64,000 nt of DNA from an uncultured candidate division Zixibacteria bacterium (GCA_963817915.1 CAWFQL010000009.1:288001-352000), one strand, 5' to 3'; shown: positions 51,087 through 60,192, numbered from the stretch's first letter. A program made the numbers and translations. The notes: generated by a model not told the origin, from the letters alone.

Positions 51087-52006
51087 TTTACGAATGTGAG
51101 CCAATGATGTTTGTCGGTTTCGGGCTTTTCGAAGATATCGAAAAATGTCTTCTGCAATTTTGCCGTGATCGGGCCTCGTTTGCCAATACCGATTGAGATA
51201 CCATCGATTTTCTTGATTGGTGTAATCTCAGCCGCAGAGCCGGTAAAGAAGACCTCATCGGCGATATAGAGAGCCTCGCGAGGAATCAATTCCTCGATGA
51301 CCTTCATGCCCATATCCTCGGCGAGCTTGATAACGGTGTTTCGGGTGATGCCGGGGAGAATCGATGATCCGAATGGCGGCGTAATGATAGCGTTATCCCT
51401 GACAAGAAATATATTTTCGCCTGAGCCCTCGGAGACATGCCCATAAACATCGAGCGCGATCCCCTCGCTGTATCCATGCGCCCTGGCTTCGAGACGTATC
51501 AATTGGCTATTCATATAATTTGCCGATGATTTGGCCATAGCAGGCATGGTGCCGGGAGCGTTGCGACGCCATGATGATACGCCGACATCGACGCCAATTT
51601 CCAGAGCTTCGGGCCCGAGATATTTCCCCCAGGGCCAGACAGCGATTGAAACGTTTATCGGCACTCCGGTAGGGTCAACGCCCAGGCTCGAATAGCCGCG
51701 ATATACTAACGGACGGATATAGCAGGCATCCAATTTGTTTACTTTGATAAGGTCAATTATGGCCTGGTTTATTTCATCCTTGGAAAATGGCACTTCGATG
51801 CGATATATTTTGCAGGAATTGAACATGCGGTCAGTATGTTCAGCCAAACGGAATATTGCCGGGCCTTTTGGGGTGGAATAGCACCTCGCGCCCTCGAATA
51901 TCCCCGAACCATAATGTATAACATGCGATAAAATATGGATTTTGGCATCGTCCCAATTAACGAATTTGCCGTCCATCCAGATTTTTTCTGTTTTATTAAA
52001 AGCCAT
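51083..52006 (-). CDS. ilvE: branched-chain amino acid aminotransferase
   Basis: HYGSGIFEG, YIRP, AKSSANY, EGSGENIF, ILPGITR, FFTGSAAEITP. Confidence 0.95.
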   Translation of the reverse strand: MAFNKTEKIWMDGKFVNWDDAKIHILSHVIHYGSGIFEGARCYSTPKGPAIFRLAEHTDRMFNSCKIYRIEVPFSKDEINQAIIDLIKVNKLDACYIRPLVYRGYSSLGVDPTGVPINVSIAVWPWGKYLGPEALEIGVDVGVSSWRRNAPGTMPAMAKSSANYMNSQLIRLEARAHGYSEGIALDVYGHVSEGSGENIFLVRDNAIITPPFGSSILPGITRNTVIKLAEDMGMKVIEELIPREALYIADEVFFTGSAAEITPIKKIDGISIGIGKRGPITAKLQKTFFDIFEKPETDKHHWLTFVK

Positions 52007-52101
52007 TGTTCCTCCGTAAACTCATTATTTCAAAAATCAGATTACCAAAAGACACCATACAAATATTAAATTAGTATACGAAGCAGGTTTCAATAATACA
52101 A

Positions 52102-52135
52102 CAAAAAATCGGCCGGATCGATGATCCAGCCGATT
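52102..52135 (-). terminator. intrinsic terminator after the RRM gene
   Basis: AATCGGC.GGATC..GATCC.GCCGATT stem followed by a T-run on the minus strand. Confidence 0.7.
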
Positions 52136-52161
52136 CTCTTAAAGACTTTTCAGCTTAAGGA

Positions 52162-52470
52162 TTAATAACGGTTTCTGCCGCCGCCGGAGCGACCGCCGCC
52201 GCCGCCGCCACGTCTTTCACTGCGTTCTTCGCGCGGACGGGCTTCGGAGACCTTTAACGGACGACCCTTGAGGTCCTTACCGTTTAGAGCGTCAATGGCT
52301 GCTTCGCCTTCGTTGTTGGCGGACATTTCGACAAATCCGAAACCTCTGGGGTCTCCTGTCTCTCTATCCTTAATAATCGTGACTTTCGATACCTGACCAA
52401 AAGCCTCGAATGCTGTTCTCAAATCGTCTTCATTTGTCTCGTAAGACAGATTGCCTACGTAAATGTTCAT
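52162..52470 (-). CDS. RRM RNA-binding protein with Gly/Arg-rich tail
   Basis: RNP2 IYVGNL, RNP1 RGFGFVEM, LKVSEARPR, GGGGGR tail. Confidence 0.93.
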   Translation of the reverse strand: MNIYVGNLSYETNEDDLRTAFEAFGQVSKVTIIKDRETGDPRGFGFVEMSANNEGEAAIDALNGKDLKGRPLKVSEARPREERSERRGGGGGGRSGGGRNRY

Positions 52471-52899
52471 TTGATTCCTCGTACTAAAGTTAAAATTTTG
52501 GTTATTTGAAAGAACATTTTTTCAGATCAATATACGAACCTCCCAGACATTAAAAAAGCGTCTTGATACAGATGAATAGCCATTCTATGATTTCCTCTGG
52601 TGAGGTTTTTGTGCTCTTTTTTGATTTCGAACTGACACTGAGTAAACTGACCTGCCGACAAAACTTATCCCCTGAAGTCCTTCTCATTGAAGGCGCGATA
52701 ATTCAAATTTGGTAAAGATTGCATAATATCCTTAAGACATTCATCTAACAATTATTTTAGGGGAATTAAATTTGGTCTTTGCAGTTCTGACGGTCTTTCT
52801 TTCCTAAAAAATCCACTTCTGTGTTTTATATAAGTAATAATACTCGATTTGTCAAGCTAAAGTTTGATTTATTTTCTGAGCTTTCTCTCGATATCTCTT

Positions 52900-54294
52900 C
52901 TACTTGTGAATACCCGGTTCGGTCAAATCCCTCAAATTGAGGATCTCATCTATTTTATCGGTAGGAATAAGTTTTTCTTGAATAAGAATTTCGCGAATAG
53001 TCTTGTTTTCGGCATAAGATCGCTTGGCGACCTCGGCCGCCTTCATGTAACCGATTATCGGGTTTAACGCCGTGACTATCGCCGCCGATGATTCCGCGTA
53101 GGCTTTACATTTCTCGGCATCGGCCCGTAACCCGGTAAGGCACAAACGGGTAAAGACATCAATCCCATGAGTTAGAACCGTCAATGAATCCGGCAATTTG
53201 TATGCAACCAGCGGCATCATAACGTTCAGGTCAAGCTGGCCGGCAGCCGACGCCCAGAGAATCGCGGTATCATTGCCGATAACCGAGAAACAGACCATAT
53301 TTAGCATTTCAGCCATAACAGGATTGACTTTGCCCGGCATTATCGACGACCCCGGCTGTAATGTCGGCAAAAGCAGTTCGCCCAGCCCCGTTCTTGGCCC
53401 TGATGCCATCAGGCGGAAATCATTGGCAATTCTGGATAAATCCTGGGCCAGATCGCGCAATGCCGATGACAGCTTGATCGCCGGAGCCAATGATTGCATT
53501 GCTTCGAAGTAATTTTTCGCCGGACGAATATTAAATCGCGTCAATTGAGCCAGGTTTTTGGCGACATTATCACGATAATCGGGATGGCAATTAAGCCCTG
53601 TACCAGCGGCTGAACCGCCGAAGCCGATTTCCTCTAATTCGGACGACGCCGATTTAATCCATTCGATATGCCTCTCTATAGTTCTGGCATATCCCGAGAA
53701 TTCCTGCCCGAGGCGTATCGGCACGGCATCCTGCAGATGAGTCCTTGCGGATTTGATGATATCATCGAATTCATTGGCTTTATATTCAAAACCTTTTTTG
53801 AGAGCGTCAAGACCCGTAATAAGCTCTATCGATAATTTTAGCCCTGCAATCCGAATCGCTGTCGGTATAAAATCATTGGTTGATTGCGACATGTTGACAG
53901 TGTCATTGGGATGAATAGGCTTATATGAACCTTTGGGAGAGCCGAGCAGTTCGTTAGCTCGATTGGCTATAACCTCATTGCAGTTCATATTATGCGATGT
54001 CCCGGCGCCGGCCTGGAATATATCGACCACGAATTGATCGAGCATCTTGCCACGCAGGATTTCATCGCAGGCGCTCATCATGGCATCGGCCTGCTCTTTC
54101 TCGATAAGCCCGAGATTGCGATTAGAAAGTATGGCGGCTTTTTTGGTAATAATCGATGCCCAGATAAAAGCCGGATGGGCATTGATGCCGGATATCTTGA
54201 AATTCGCGACAGCGCGTTGAGTTTGAGCGCCCCAATATGCCTCGGATGGTACCTCGACCTCGCCCAATGAATCTTTTTCTATTCTGAATTCCAT
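52900..54294 (-). CDS. aspartate ammonia-lyase / class II fumarase family
   Basis: EKDSLG, YWGAQTQRA, QAGAGTS, SQSTND, RTHLQDA, GSSIMPGKVNP; AspA versus FumC not resolved. Confidence 0.9.
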   Translation of the reverse strand: MEFRIEKDSLGEVEVPSEAYWGAQTQRAVANFKISGINAHPAFIWASIITKKAAILSNRNLGLIEKEQADAMMSACDEILRGKMLDQFVVDIFQAGAGTSHNMNCNEVIANRANELLGSPKGSYKPIHPNDTVNMSQSTNDFIPTAIRIAGLKLSIELITGLDALKKGFEYKANEFDDIIKSARTHLQDAVPIRLGQEFSGYARTIERHIEWIKSASSELEEIGFGGSAAGTGLNCHPDYRDNVAKNLAQLTRFNIRPAKNYFEAMQSLAPAIKLSSALRDLAQDLSRIANDFRLMASGPRTGLGELLLPTLQPGSSIMPGKVNPVMAEMLNMVCFSVIGNDTAILWASAAGQLDLNVMMPLVAYKLPDSLTVLTHGIDVFTRLCLTGLRADAEKCKAYAESSAAIVTALNPIIGYMKAAEVAKRSYAENKTIREILIQEKLIPTDKIDEILNLRDLTEPGIHK

Positions 54295-54453
54295 GCTTGC
54301 TCCTCAAATATGACGCAACATGTTAATAGTGGCGACAGGTCTCCGCACCTGCCGCATTAGCAGGAATTTCGTCGGGTACGGCGACCCGACGACACGGAAA
54401 ATGGTACCTCGACCTTGCCCAATGAATCTTTTTCTATTCTGAATTCCATGCTT
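54246..54453 (-). repeat. 53-bp direct repeat of the AspA/FumC gene start flanking an inverted REP doublet
   Basis: 54246-54298 equals 54401-54453 with one mismatch; doublet 54329-54395 lies between them. Confidence 0.9.
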
Positions 54454-54468
54454 TTCTCCCGCAAAAGA

Positions 54469-54544
54469 GCGAATGACTGTGACACTGACTTTTCCCGCTG
54501 TCGCGGAGGGGGTTTACGGCAGCAAGCTCGCCACAGCCATTCGC
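54469..54544 (-). other. long rod-like hairpin with strand-specific G-U pairs (candidate structured RNA, terminator or MITE)
   Basis: GCGAAUGGCUGUGGCG pairs with UGUCACAGUCAUUCGC using three G-U pairs; inner stem; loop AAACCCCCUCC. Confidence 0.45.
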
Positions 54545-54606
54545 CTTCTACTGTATTTGAAAACGGATTTCAAGATATATTTGTTCCGCTGGGGCTACAA
54601 TAGCCT

Positions 54607-54746
54607 GTGGTGTCGGGTCGCCTGACCGAGCACAAGGGCAACAGGCGGGTGAGGCCACCCGACTGCACTCTGAGCAATAAATTTGTGGTGTCGGGTCGCC
54701 TGACCCGACACAATGGCTGGGTTCGAATGACGCCACCCGACTACAC
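54607..54746. repeat. tandem BIME-like array (two alternating hairpin pairs)
   Basis: [GTGGTGTCGGGTCGCCTGACC..ACA]-[..CCACCCGACTRCAC] twice. Confidence 0.78.
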
Positions 54747-54793
54747 TCTATAATTTTATTTGCCGTTCGATCTATGGAAGTATCATATTTTGA

Positions 54794-55603
54794 TTATTCG
54801 TTAATAGCTTTTCCGCAATGAGGGCAGATAGATTTCTTTGAATTTTTTTGACGAATTTCATCAACAAATCCAGATCCCAATATGCCGGCCGGCAATGCAA
54901 ATAAACCTATCCCTAGAATGGCTATACAAGCTCCTAACAATTTCCCAAGGGCTGTCACTGGATATATATCCCCGTATCCGACAGTGGTTAACGTAATTAT
55001 GGCCCACCACATCGCCGCCGGAATGCTGGAAAATGCCTTGGGCTGGACATCGTATTCTACTAAGTACATCAAGCTCGATGTGATAATAAGGAGAATAATC
55101 ACTGCAAAAGCTGTAGTCATTAGTTCGCTCTTTTTGGCATTCATAACTTTTAAAATTGTCCTTAAAGACTCAGTATATCTACCGAGCTTAAATATTCTGA
55201 AAAGGCGAATTAGCCTCAGTGCCCTTAAGAATCTCATATCAAACGGTATCAAGAGCGGGAGATAAAAAGGCAAAATTGCAAGTAAATCTGTTATCGCAAA
55301 AGGAGTGATAATATAATGAATTCTTCCGCTTATCGGTTTTCGAAATTCATTATGTTCAGTGCAGCTCCAAACTCTAACAGCATATTCAATTGAGAATATA
55401 ATTACCGAGACTATTTCAAAGGTTTTAAAATATGAATTATATTCTATTGAAAGCGTTTGGATTGACTCTAAAATGACTGCAAGAACATTTAGGCTGATAA
55501 GAATGAATAAAGCAATATCAAATGCCCGACTTAGCTTATCCCCATCAACGGCGACATCAACAATATCATGGAGCCGTTTTTTCAATTTGCGTAAATTGTT
55601 CAT
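54794..55603 (-). CDS. voltage-gated (6TM) potassium channel
   Basis: S4 RALRLIRLFRIFKLGRY, pore WWAIITLTTVGYGD, ALPAGI, C-terminal CPHC. Confidence 0.92.
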   Translation of the reverse strand: MNNLRKLKKRLHDIVDVAVDGDKLSRAFDIALFILISLNVLAVILESIQTLSIEYNSYFKTFEIVSVIIFSIEYAVRVWSCTEHNEFRKPISGRIHYIITPFAITDLLAILPFYLPLLIPFDMRFLRALRLIRLFRIFKLGRYTESLRTILKVMNAKKSELMTTAFAVIILLIITSSLMYLVEYDVQPKAFSSIPAAMWWAIITLTTVGYGDIYPVTALGKLLGACIAILGIGLFALPAGILGSGFVDEIRQKNSKKSICPHCGKAINE

Positions 55604-55768
55604 TTTAATTGTAGAATGGCTCTTCTAAGTTCAATCTCTCAATTGTGCAAGATTTAAAGTTTCAAATATGCTCTATTGGGATTATAGCTTAGCTAAATAG
55701 AATGTCAATATTATTTTGGGTATTTTTTATGCCCCGAATTCTTTTGAAATTATGGGAATATCATCAAT

Positions 55769-55790
55769 GCGGGTGAGACCACCCGACTAC
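55769..55790. repeat. CGGGT..ACCCGACTAC hairpin
   Basis: Same family as the copies near 54646 and 57667. Confidence 0.65.
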
Positions 55791-55843
55791 ATATCGAATT
55801 AACGGTCATGAATTCCTGAGAGCCCAAAACTCCAAAATCTGAA

Positions 55844-55871
55844 TTGACAAATCGGGCAAATACTCTATATT
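55844..55871 (+). promoter_or_regulatory. putative sigma70 promoter
   Basis: TTGACA-N16-TATATT, 70 nt upstream of the ATG at 55942. Confidence 0.55.
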
Positions 55872-55941
55872 ATTTTAAAGATTGTTATTGGGTTTGATAG
55901 ACACTGCCCTGAAATAATAAAATAATTCCGGGGAGGAAATT

Positions 55942-57519
55942 ATGTCGAAAATTATCATATTTGCGGCCATAGTTTTCCTATTCGCTATTCCCTTAGCTTA
56001 CGGACAACTATGGGTAGATACATCGTGGGTACAATTCTTCAGCACTGATGCCGGAACCAATACGCCCGTAAAAATAGCATTGGATTCCAACGGGAACGTT
56101 ATTGCTATTGGGAATCACCGGCTCGATTACAGCCATATGAATCAATTCATCGTAAATTATTCATACTATGGCGATTTGAATTGGTCCAACGGGTTTGAAA
56201 GTCCATACTATTATTCCAATACAGTCAATAGCATCGTCCTTGATAATAATCATAACGCTTACATTGTCTGCGGAATGTCAGGCGATATTCTGATCGCGAA
56301 GTACCTGGCAAATGGCGACACATCCTGGGTTCGTAGCCTTAGAATGGGCGATGATTGTTTCGGACGGAAGATCATGCTCGATGGCGACGGCAATATAATT
56401 ATAGCCGGTTCATATCACACGGAAGTAATAGACCAGGTCTTGTTGATAAAATACTATCCCAATGGCGATTTGGCCTGGATCAAGCCTCAAAATCAAATGA
56501 TGTGGCCGATCGACGCTGTAATGGATAGCCAGGGCAATATATGTGTCACCGGGCTCGGATTCGGGGATATCGCAACAGCCAAGTATTCGCCTGATGGTGA
56601 CTCACTCTGGATGGTTCGTTATAACGGCCCCGCAAATGGATATGACCAGCCCAGCAAGATGGCAATCGATTCAAACGACAATATCATAATCACCGGATGC
56701 ACCAATTTCGATTATAGAAACAGATCATCGGGCGATATGGTTACGATGAAATACAATCCATCCGGCGATACGCTCTGGACCAGAATTGTCAATGGCTCCG
56801 AATTTAATTCGCTTTTGGATATCAGCAATGACGTCTTGGTAGATAATGGCGGTAATGTCTATATAACCGGATCGATTATGTCGGAAGAATTGGGCCAGCT
56901 TTGCCTTACAAAAGAATACGATCCGAATGGCGGCGATGTCTGGACAAGAATCTTCAGTGTCGGTTCATCGGGAAGCGAAGGGCGGGCGCTGACTCTCGAT
57001 AATTTAGGCAATCTATATGTCACTGGATTGAGTAACGAACAGATCGCTACTTTTAGTTACGATCTTATTGGAGAATTGAGATGGTCCAAATTGTACAGCC
57101 CCGGTTACGGACCCTGTCTTGGCGGTAACGATATCGCGGTCGATTACATTGGCAATGTCATAGTCACCGGCGAATGCGGCGATTCTACGGCTAGTGATAT
57201 GGTCACAATCAAATATCATCAGACCCGTATTGGGATAGACGATAATCCACTGCCTGAGAAATTGTTCAGCCTCAGCAATTACCCGAACCCATTTAATAGC
57301 ACTACTCGTCTATCCTATGATATTCCGTTCGCTGCCAATGTTGCGATTTCGGTTTATAATATGCTGGGGCAAAAGGTTGCCGTATTGGCTGATGGTTTCC
57401 AGAATGCGGGATCGTATAAGTTGAATTGGAATGCTGACAAAATCCCATCGGGAATATATTTTGTCAGAATAAACTTCAATCAGAAATCAGAAATCGTCAA
57501 AACAGTCTTGCTGAAATAA
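55942..57519 (+). CDS. secreted beta-propeller (SBBP-like repeat) protein with T9SS-type CTD
   Basis: Signal peptide; repeats of D..GN..VTG..D....KY...GD..W; SNYPNPFN..SGIYFVR..VLLK. Confidence 0.85.
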   Translation: MSKIIIFAAIVFLFAIPLAYGQLWVDTSWVQFFSTDAGTNTPVKIALDSNGNVIAIGNHRLDYSHMNQFIVNYSYYGDLNWSNGFESPYYYSNTVNSIVLDNNHNAYIVCGMSGDILIAKYLANGDTSWVRSLRMGDDCFGRKIMLDGDGNIIIAGSYHTEVIDQVLLIKYYPNGDLAWIKPQNQMMWPIDAVMDSQGNICVTGLGFGDIATAKYSPDGDSLWMVRYNGPANGYDQPSKMAIDSNDNIIITGCTNFDYRNRSSGDMVTMKYNPSGDTLWTRIVNGSEFNSLLDISNDVLVDNGGNVYITGSIMSEELGQLCLTKEYDPNGGDVWTRIFSVGSSGSEGRALTLDNLGNLYVTGLSNEQIATFSYDLIGELRWSKLYSPGYGPCLGGNDIAVDYIGNVIVTGECGDSTASDMVTIKYHQTRIGIDDNPLPEKLFSLSNYPNPFNSTTRLSYDIPFAANVAISVYNMLGQKVAVLADGFQNAGSYKLNWNADKIPSGIYFVRINFNQKSEIVKTVLLK

Positions 57520-57546
57520 AGCAGAATTACCTGAAGATATCCTATA

Positions 57547-57786
57547 TAGGGGCGGGTTTTGAAACCCGCCCTTACATTAACTACTTTAATTGAGCAGTCG
57601 AAGGTTGGGGTTGAAAATCCCGACGACTCGGTTTTTGACCATGCACTAACAGAAAGCAATTAGGCAGTCGGGTGGGGCCACCCGACTGCACTCCGAGTAT
57701 AAAAAAAAGAACACGCTTGTTGTGTTGGGGTGCCTGACCCGATACAAAGGCAGCGTTCAGGTGAAGCCACCCGATTGAACTCCGAG
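57547..57786. repeat. mixed REP-like hairpin cluster
   Basis: GGGCGGGTTT-tg-AAACCCGCCC-TTAC (57547-57575), GCAGTCGGGTGGGGCCACCCGACTGCAC, and degenerate units related to 54607-54746. Confidence 0.72.
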
Positions 57787-57790
57787 CATG

Positions 57791-57820
57791 AAAAAAAGGG
57801 CGCTCGTGTGAACGCCCTTT
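57791..57820 (-). terminator. intrinsic terminator of the ECF operon
   Basis: AAAGGGCG..CGCCCTTT stem with T7 on the minus strand. Confidence 0.75.
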
Positions 57821-57845
57821 GAGATTGAAACCAAAGACGGAATAG

Positions 57846-58466
57846 CTATTTATCTTCTTTTTCGCCTTCTTTTTCGTCATCATTCATTTTGATAATTCGG
57901 ATTTCCTTCTTGTCTCCATGTCCCATCTTCATGCCGCCCATATCGCATCCCGGCATTCCCATTTCCATACCCATGCCCATTCCCGGACCGCACCCCATTT
58001 CGCCACCGCCGCAACATCCTTTTTCTCCACGGCCGAATTTCATCATATGCTTTTCAAAGCCTCTGGGGCCGCCATGCATCTTGACAGCCTTGGCAAGCTG
58101 CTCGTCGGTCAACACTTTACGCATCGCCAAACGATTTTGCATTTTTGCCTTGGCGATATCCGCTTTGATCTTCGAAATCTTATCAACCTGGTTCAACGCC
58201 GCCTTTTCATCGACCTTTGTCTTCATCATGATTTCACGAAGCTCGAGCTGCGCCAGTTTGAGATCGGCTTTTGTCTGAACCATGGCTTTTTGATGCTGGA
58301 GCATCAGATTCTGCATCGATTCTTTCTGCTGGTCGGTGAGATTCAATTGATCTCCCGTCGCCATCTTGTCTCCCATACCCATCATTGCTGGCGGTTGGGC
58401 AGAGGCGGATACTATAGCTAAAGCCAATAGAATCATAGTTAGTAATGCTGTCTTTTTCATCATCAT
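57846..58466 (-). CDS. Spy/CpxP-like periplasmic protein with Met/Gly/Cys-rich tail
   Basis: Signal peptide; LNLTDQQ and VLTDEQ (LTxxQ motifs); tail GCCGGGEMGCGPGMGMGMEMGMPGCDMGGM. Confidence 0.8.
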   Translation of the reverse strand: MMMKKTALLTMILLALAIVSASAQPPAMMGMGDKMATGDQLNLTDQQKESMQNLMLQHQKAMVQTKADLKLAQLELREIMMKTKVDEKAALNQVDKISKIKADIAKAKMQNRLAMRKVLTDEQLAKAVKMHGGPRGFEKHMMKFGRGEKGCCGGGEMGCGPGMGMGMEMGMPGCDMGGMKMGHGDKKEIRIIKMNDDEKEGEKEDK

Positions 58467-58476
58467 CCCTTCTTGT

Positions 58477-58983
58477 TTAATCATCCCTGTTTCTCATTCC
58501 ACCGCCTTTGAAATCCCGGCGGATATCTTGAATAATTTCCTGCATTCTCTGCTTAAATCGTTCCTCAAACACCAGCCATTTGGCCATCTGCTTCTGGCTC
58601 AGGACTCCTGAGATATCATTAAAGAGTTTTTCCCGTTCGACCATCGATTGTCTGCCTAAATCGATTAATTGTTTTGTCGATTCCACGATCTCTTGATCAC
58701 TGGAATTAGAGTCATTGGCCAGCCGGTCGAGCTTATCGGTAATTTCATTTTTTCTCATTTCCAGAGCTTCAATAGCATCCTGATGCTTATTGTAGATGGG
58801 GAAAAATTTTTCCGACTGCTCCGGTGTCAGACCGACTACTTCAGTAAGTCTCCAGACCTTGATTGTTTTAACTTTTTCGCGAATTCGCTCTCTCATTGGG
58901 CCGCCGGGCGGTCCCGGTTGCGCCAGTACTGTAGCTGCCATTAGCATTATCAGAATAAATAATGCGGGGCGTGCTTCTCTCAT
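58477..58983 (-). CDS. Spy/CpxP-like periplasmic protein
   Basis: Signal peptide; LTPEQSEKFFPIY, VLSQKQ. Confidence 0.75.
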   Translation of the reverse strand: MREARPALFILIMLMAATVLAQPGPPGGPMRERIREKVKTIKVWRLTEVVGLTPEQSEKFFPIYNKHQDAIEALEMRKNEITDKLDRLANDSNSSDQEIVESTKQLIDLGRQSMVEREKLFNDISGVLSQKQMAKWLVFEERFKQRMQEIIQDIRRDFKGGGMRNRDD

Positions 58984-59588
58984 CCTGCCCTCCCATTTAT
59001 ATTCTCGAGTTTGTTATAAAGTTCACTTAATTCTTCTTCCGACATTGTTTGCAATATCTCGCTGATTTCAGTATTTTTCATTAACTCATCTTCCGCCTGA
59101 TCGAATTCCCTGGGACTGTCCGCCATCGATTTTATGAATTCCCCGCTTAGGCTGTCCGATGAAAAAATGTCATCAAAACTAAACAGTCCCAGATCGGTAT
59201 TCAAGGATATCGCGTAATTATCAGTGCCTTGTGTGTGATCCACATTGATCATCTGAGGCACATACAAAAACCCCAATATCGCGACTATTACCGTGGCAGG
59301 AATCCATCCCCATCTGGGAATCCAGGATAAATGACTGATGATGGATTTTTGTCTGATTCTATCGGCGCCGGATTTCGCCTTGATGCTCTCGAATGTTATG
59401 CCTTCGAGCTCGTGAGCCCTGATGACAAATTTCTGGCTATCGAGCGCGGACTTCAGGTTGAATAACTCATCCTGATACGCCGAACATTCCGGGCAGCTTC
59501 CAGCGTGGCCGAGCAACTCAGCAGGAATCTCGGCCTTGCCATTCTTGAATAGATCTTCGATTTTATCTCTAAATTGGCCGCATCTCAT
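58980..59588 (-). CDS. zinc-binding (ZAS-type) membrane anti-sigma factor
   Basis: MRC..HAGSCPEC (HxxxCxxC), one TM helix, ATGA overlap with the ECF gene. Confidence 0.8.
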   Translation of the reverse strand: MRCGQFRDKIEDLFKNGKAEIPAELLGHAGSCPECSAYQDELFNLKSALDSQKFVIRAHELEGITFESIKAKSGADRIRQKSIISHLSWIPRWGWIPATVIVAILGFLYVPQMINVDHTQGTDNYAISLNTDLGLFSFDDIFSSDSLSGEFIKSMADSPREFDQAEDELMKNTEISEILQTMSEEELSELYNKLENINGRAG

Positions 59589-60124
59589 AATACATCTCCG
59601 GTTAACAATGATGCCAATCCGGTTTGCAATTTTTTTATCGCCTGATGATAATTCGCCTTCACAGCGCCTTCGGTTATTCCTAATGCTTTGGCGATCTCGG
59701 CATTCGATTTCTCTTCATAATATCTGAGAACAAAAACCATCCTCTGCCTTGCCGGTAATTTTGAGACTGCCTGGTCGACCTGCTTATTAATCTCAGCATT
59801 CGTAACACTATCCGCCGGGCTGGCGCTGTCATATAGATCAGGTGAATCTTCTATGGATTGCAGTGATGATGTATGACTTCGCGATTTGTGGTTCAATGCC
59901 AGATTGACAGCGATTTTATAGAGCCACGTATAAATCCCCGAATCGCCTCGAAACGATTCGCGCGAACGGTAGGCTCGTATAAAAGTCTCTTGTGTCAAAT
60001 CGAGAGCGTCATCTCTATTTCGAACATATCTTAAGAGCAAGAGAAAGATCCTTTCCTTAAAATCACCGACTGCCTTCTGGAAAGTCTCGTCATCCAAAAT
60101 TCCCCGCGTTTTCTGGTTTTCCAT
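59585..60124 (-). CDS. ECF RNA polymerase sigma factor
   Basis: DLTQETFIRAY, TWLYKIAVN, LPARQRMVFVLRYYE, EIAKALGITEGAVK. Confidence 0.92.
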   Translation of the reverse strand: MENQKTRGILDDETFQKAVGDFKERIFLLLLRYVRNRDDALDLTQETFIRAYRSRESFRGDSGIYTWLYKIAVNLALNHKSRSHTSSLQSIEDSPDLYDSASPADSVTNAEINKQVDQAVSKLPARQRMVFVLRYYEEKSNAEIAKALGITEGAVKANYHQAIKKLQTGLASLLTGDVL

Positions 60125-60137
60125 CGACTCCAATGGA

Positions 60138-60165
60138 TTAGACACCTCTTTCAGTCCGCAGGTTT
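60138..60165 (-). promoter_or_regulatory. putative autoregulatory ECF promoter
   Basis: AAACCT-N17-TCTAA, resembling the RpoE/AlgU GAACTT-N16/17-TCTRA consensus, just upstream of the GGAG RBS and ATG. Confidence 0.55.
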
Positions 60166-60192
60166 AATGTGATTTGAAGGACAAGTTAAGTC

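Noticed and set aside
54469..54544. SRP RNA or 6S RNA
   Set aside because: No SRP domain IV motif (CAGG..GGAA..AGCA), and too short for 6S RNA
54607..54746. Possible CRISPR array (also considered at 1548-1723, 8278-8411 and 57547-57786)
   Set aside because: Units differ in sequence and length, alternate between families, have no regular unique spacers and recur singly elsewhere; no cas genes are present
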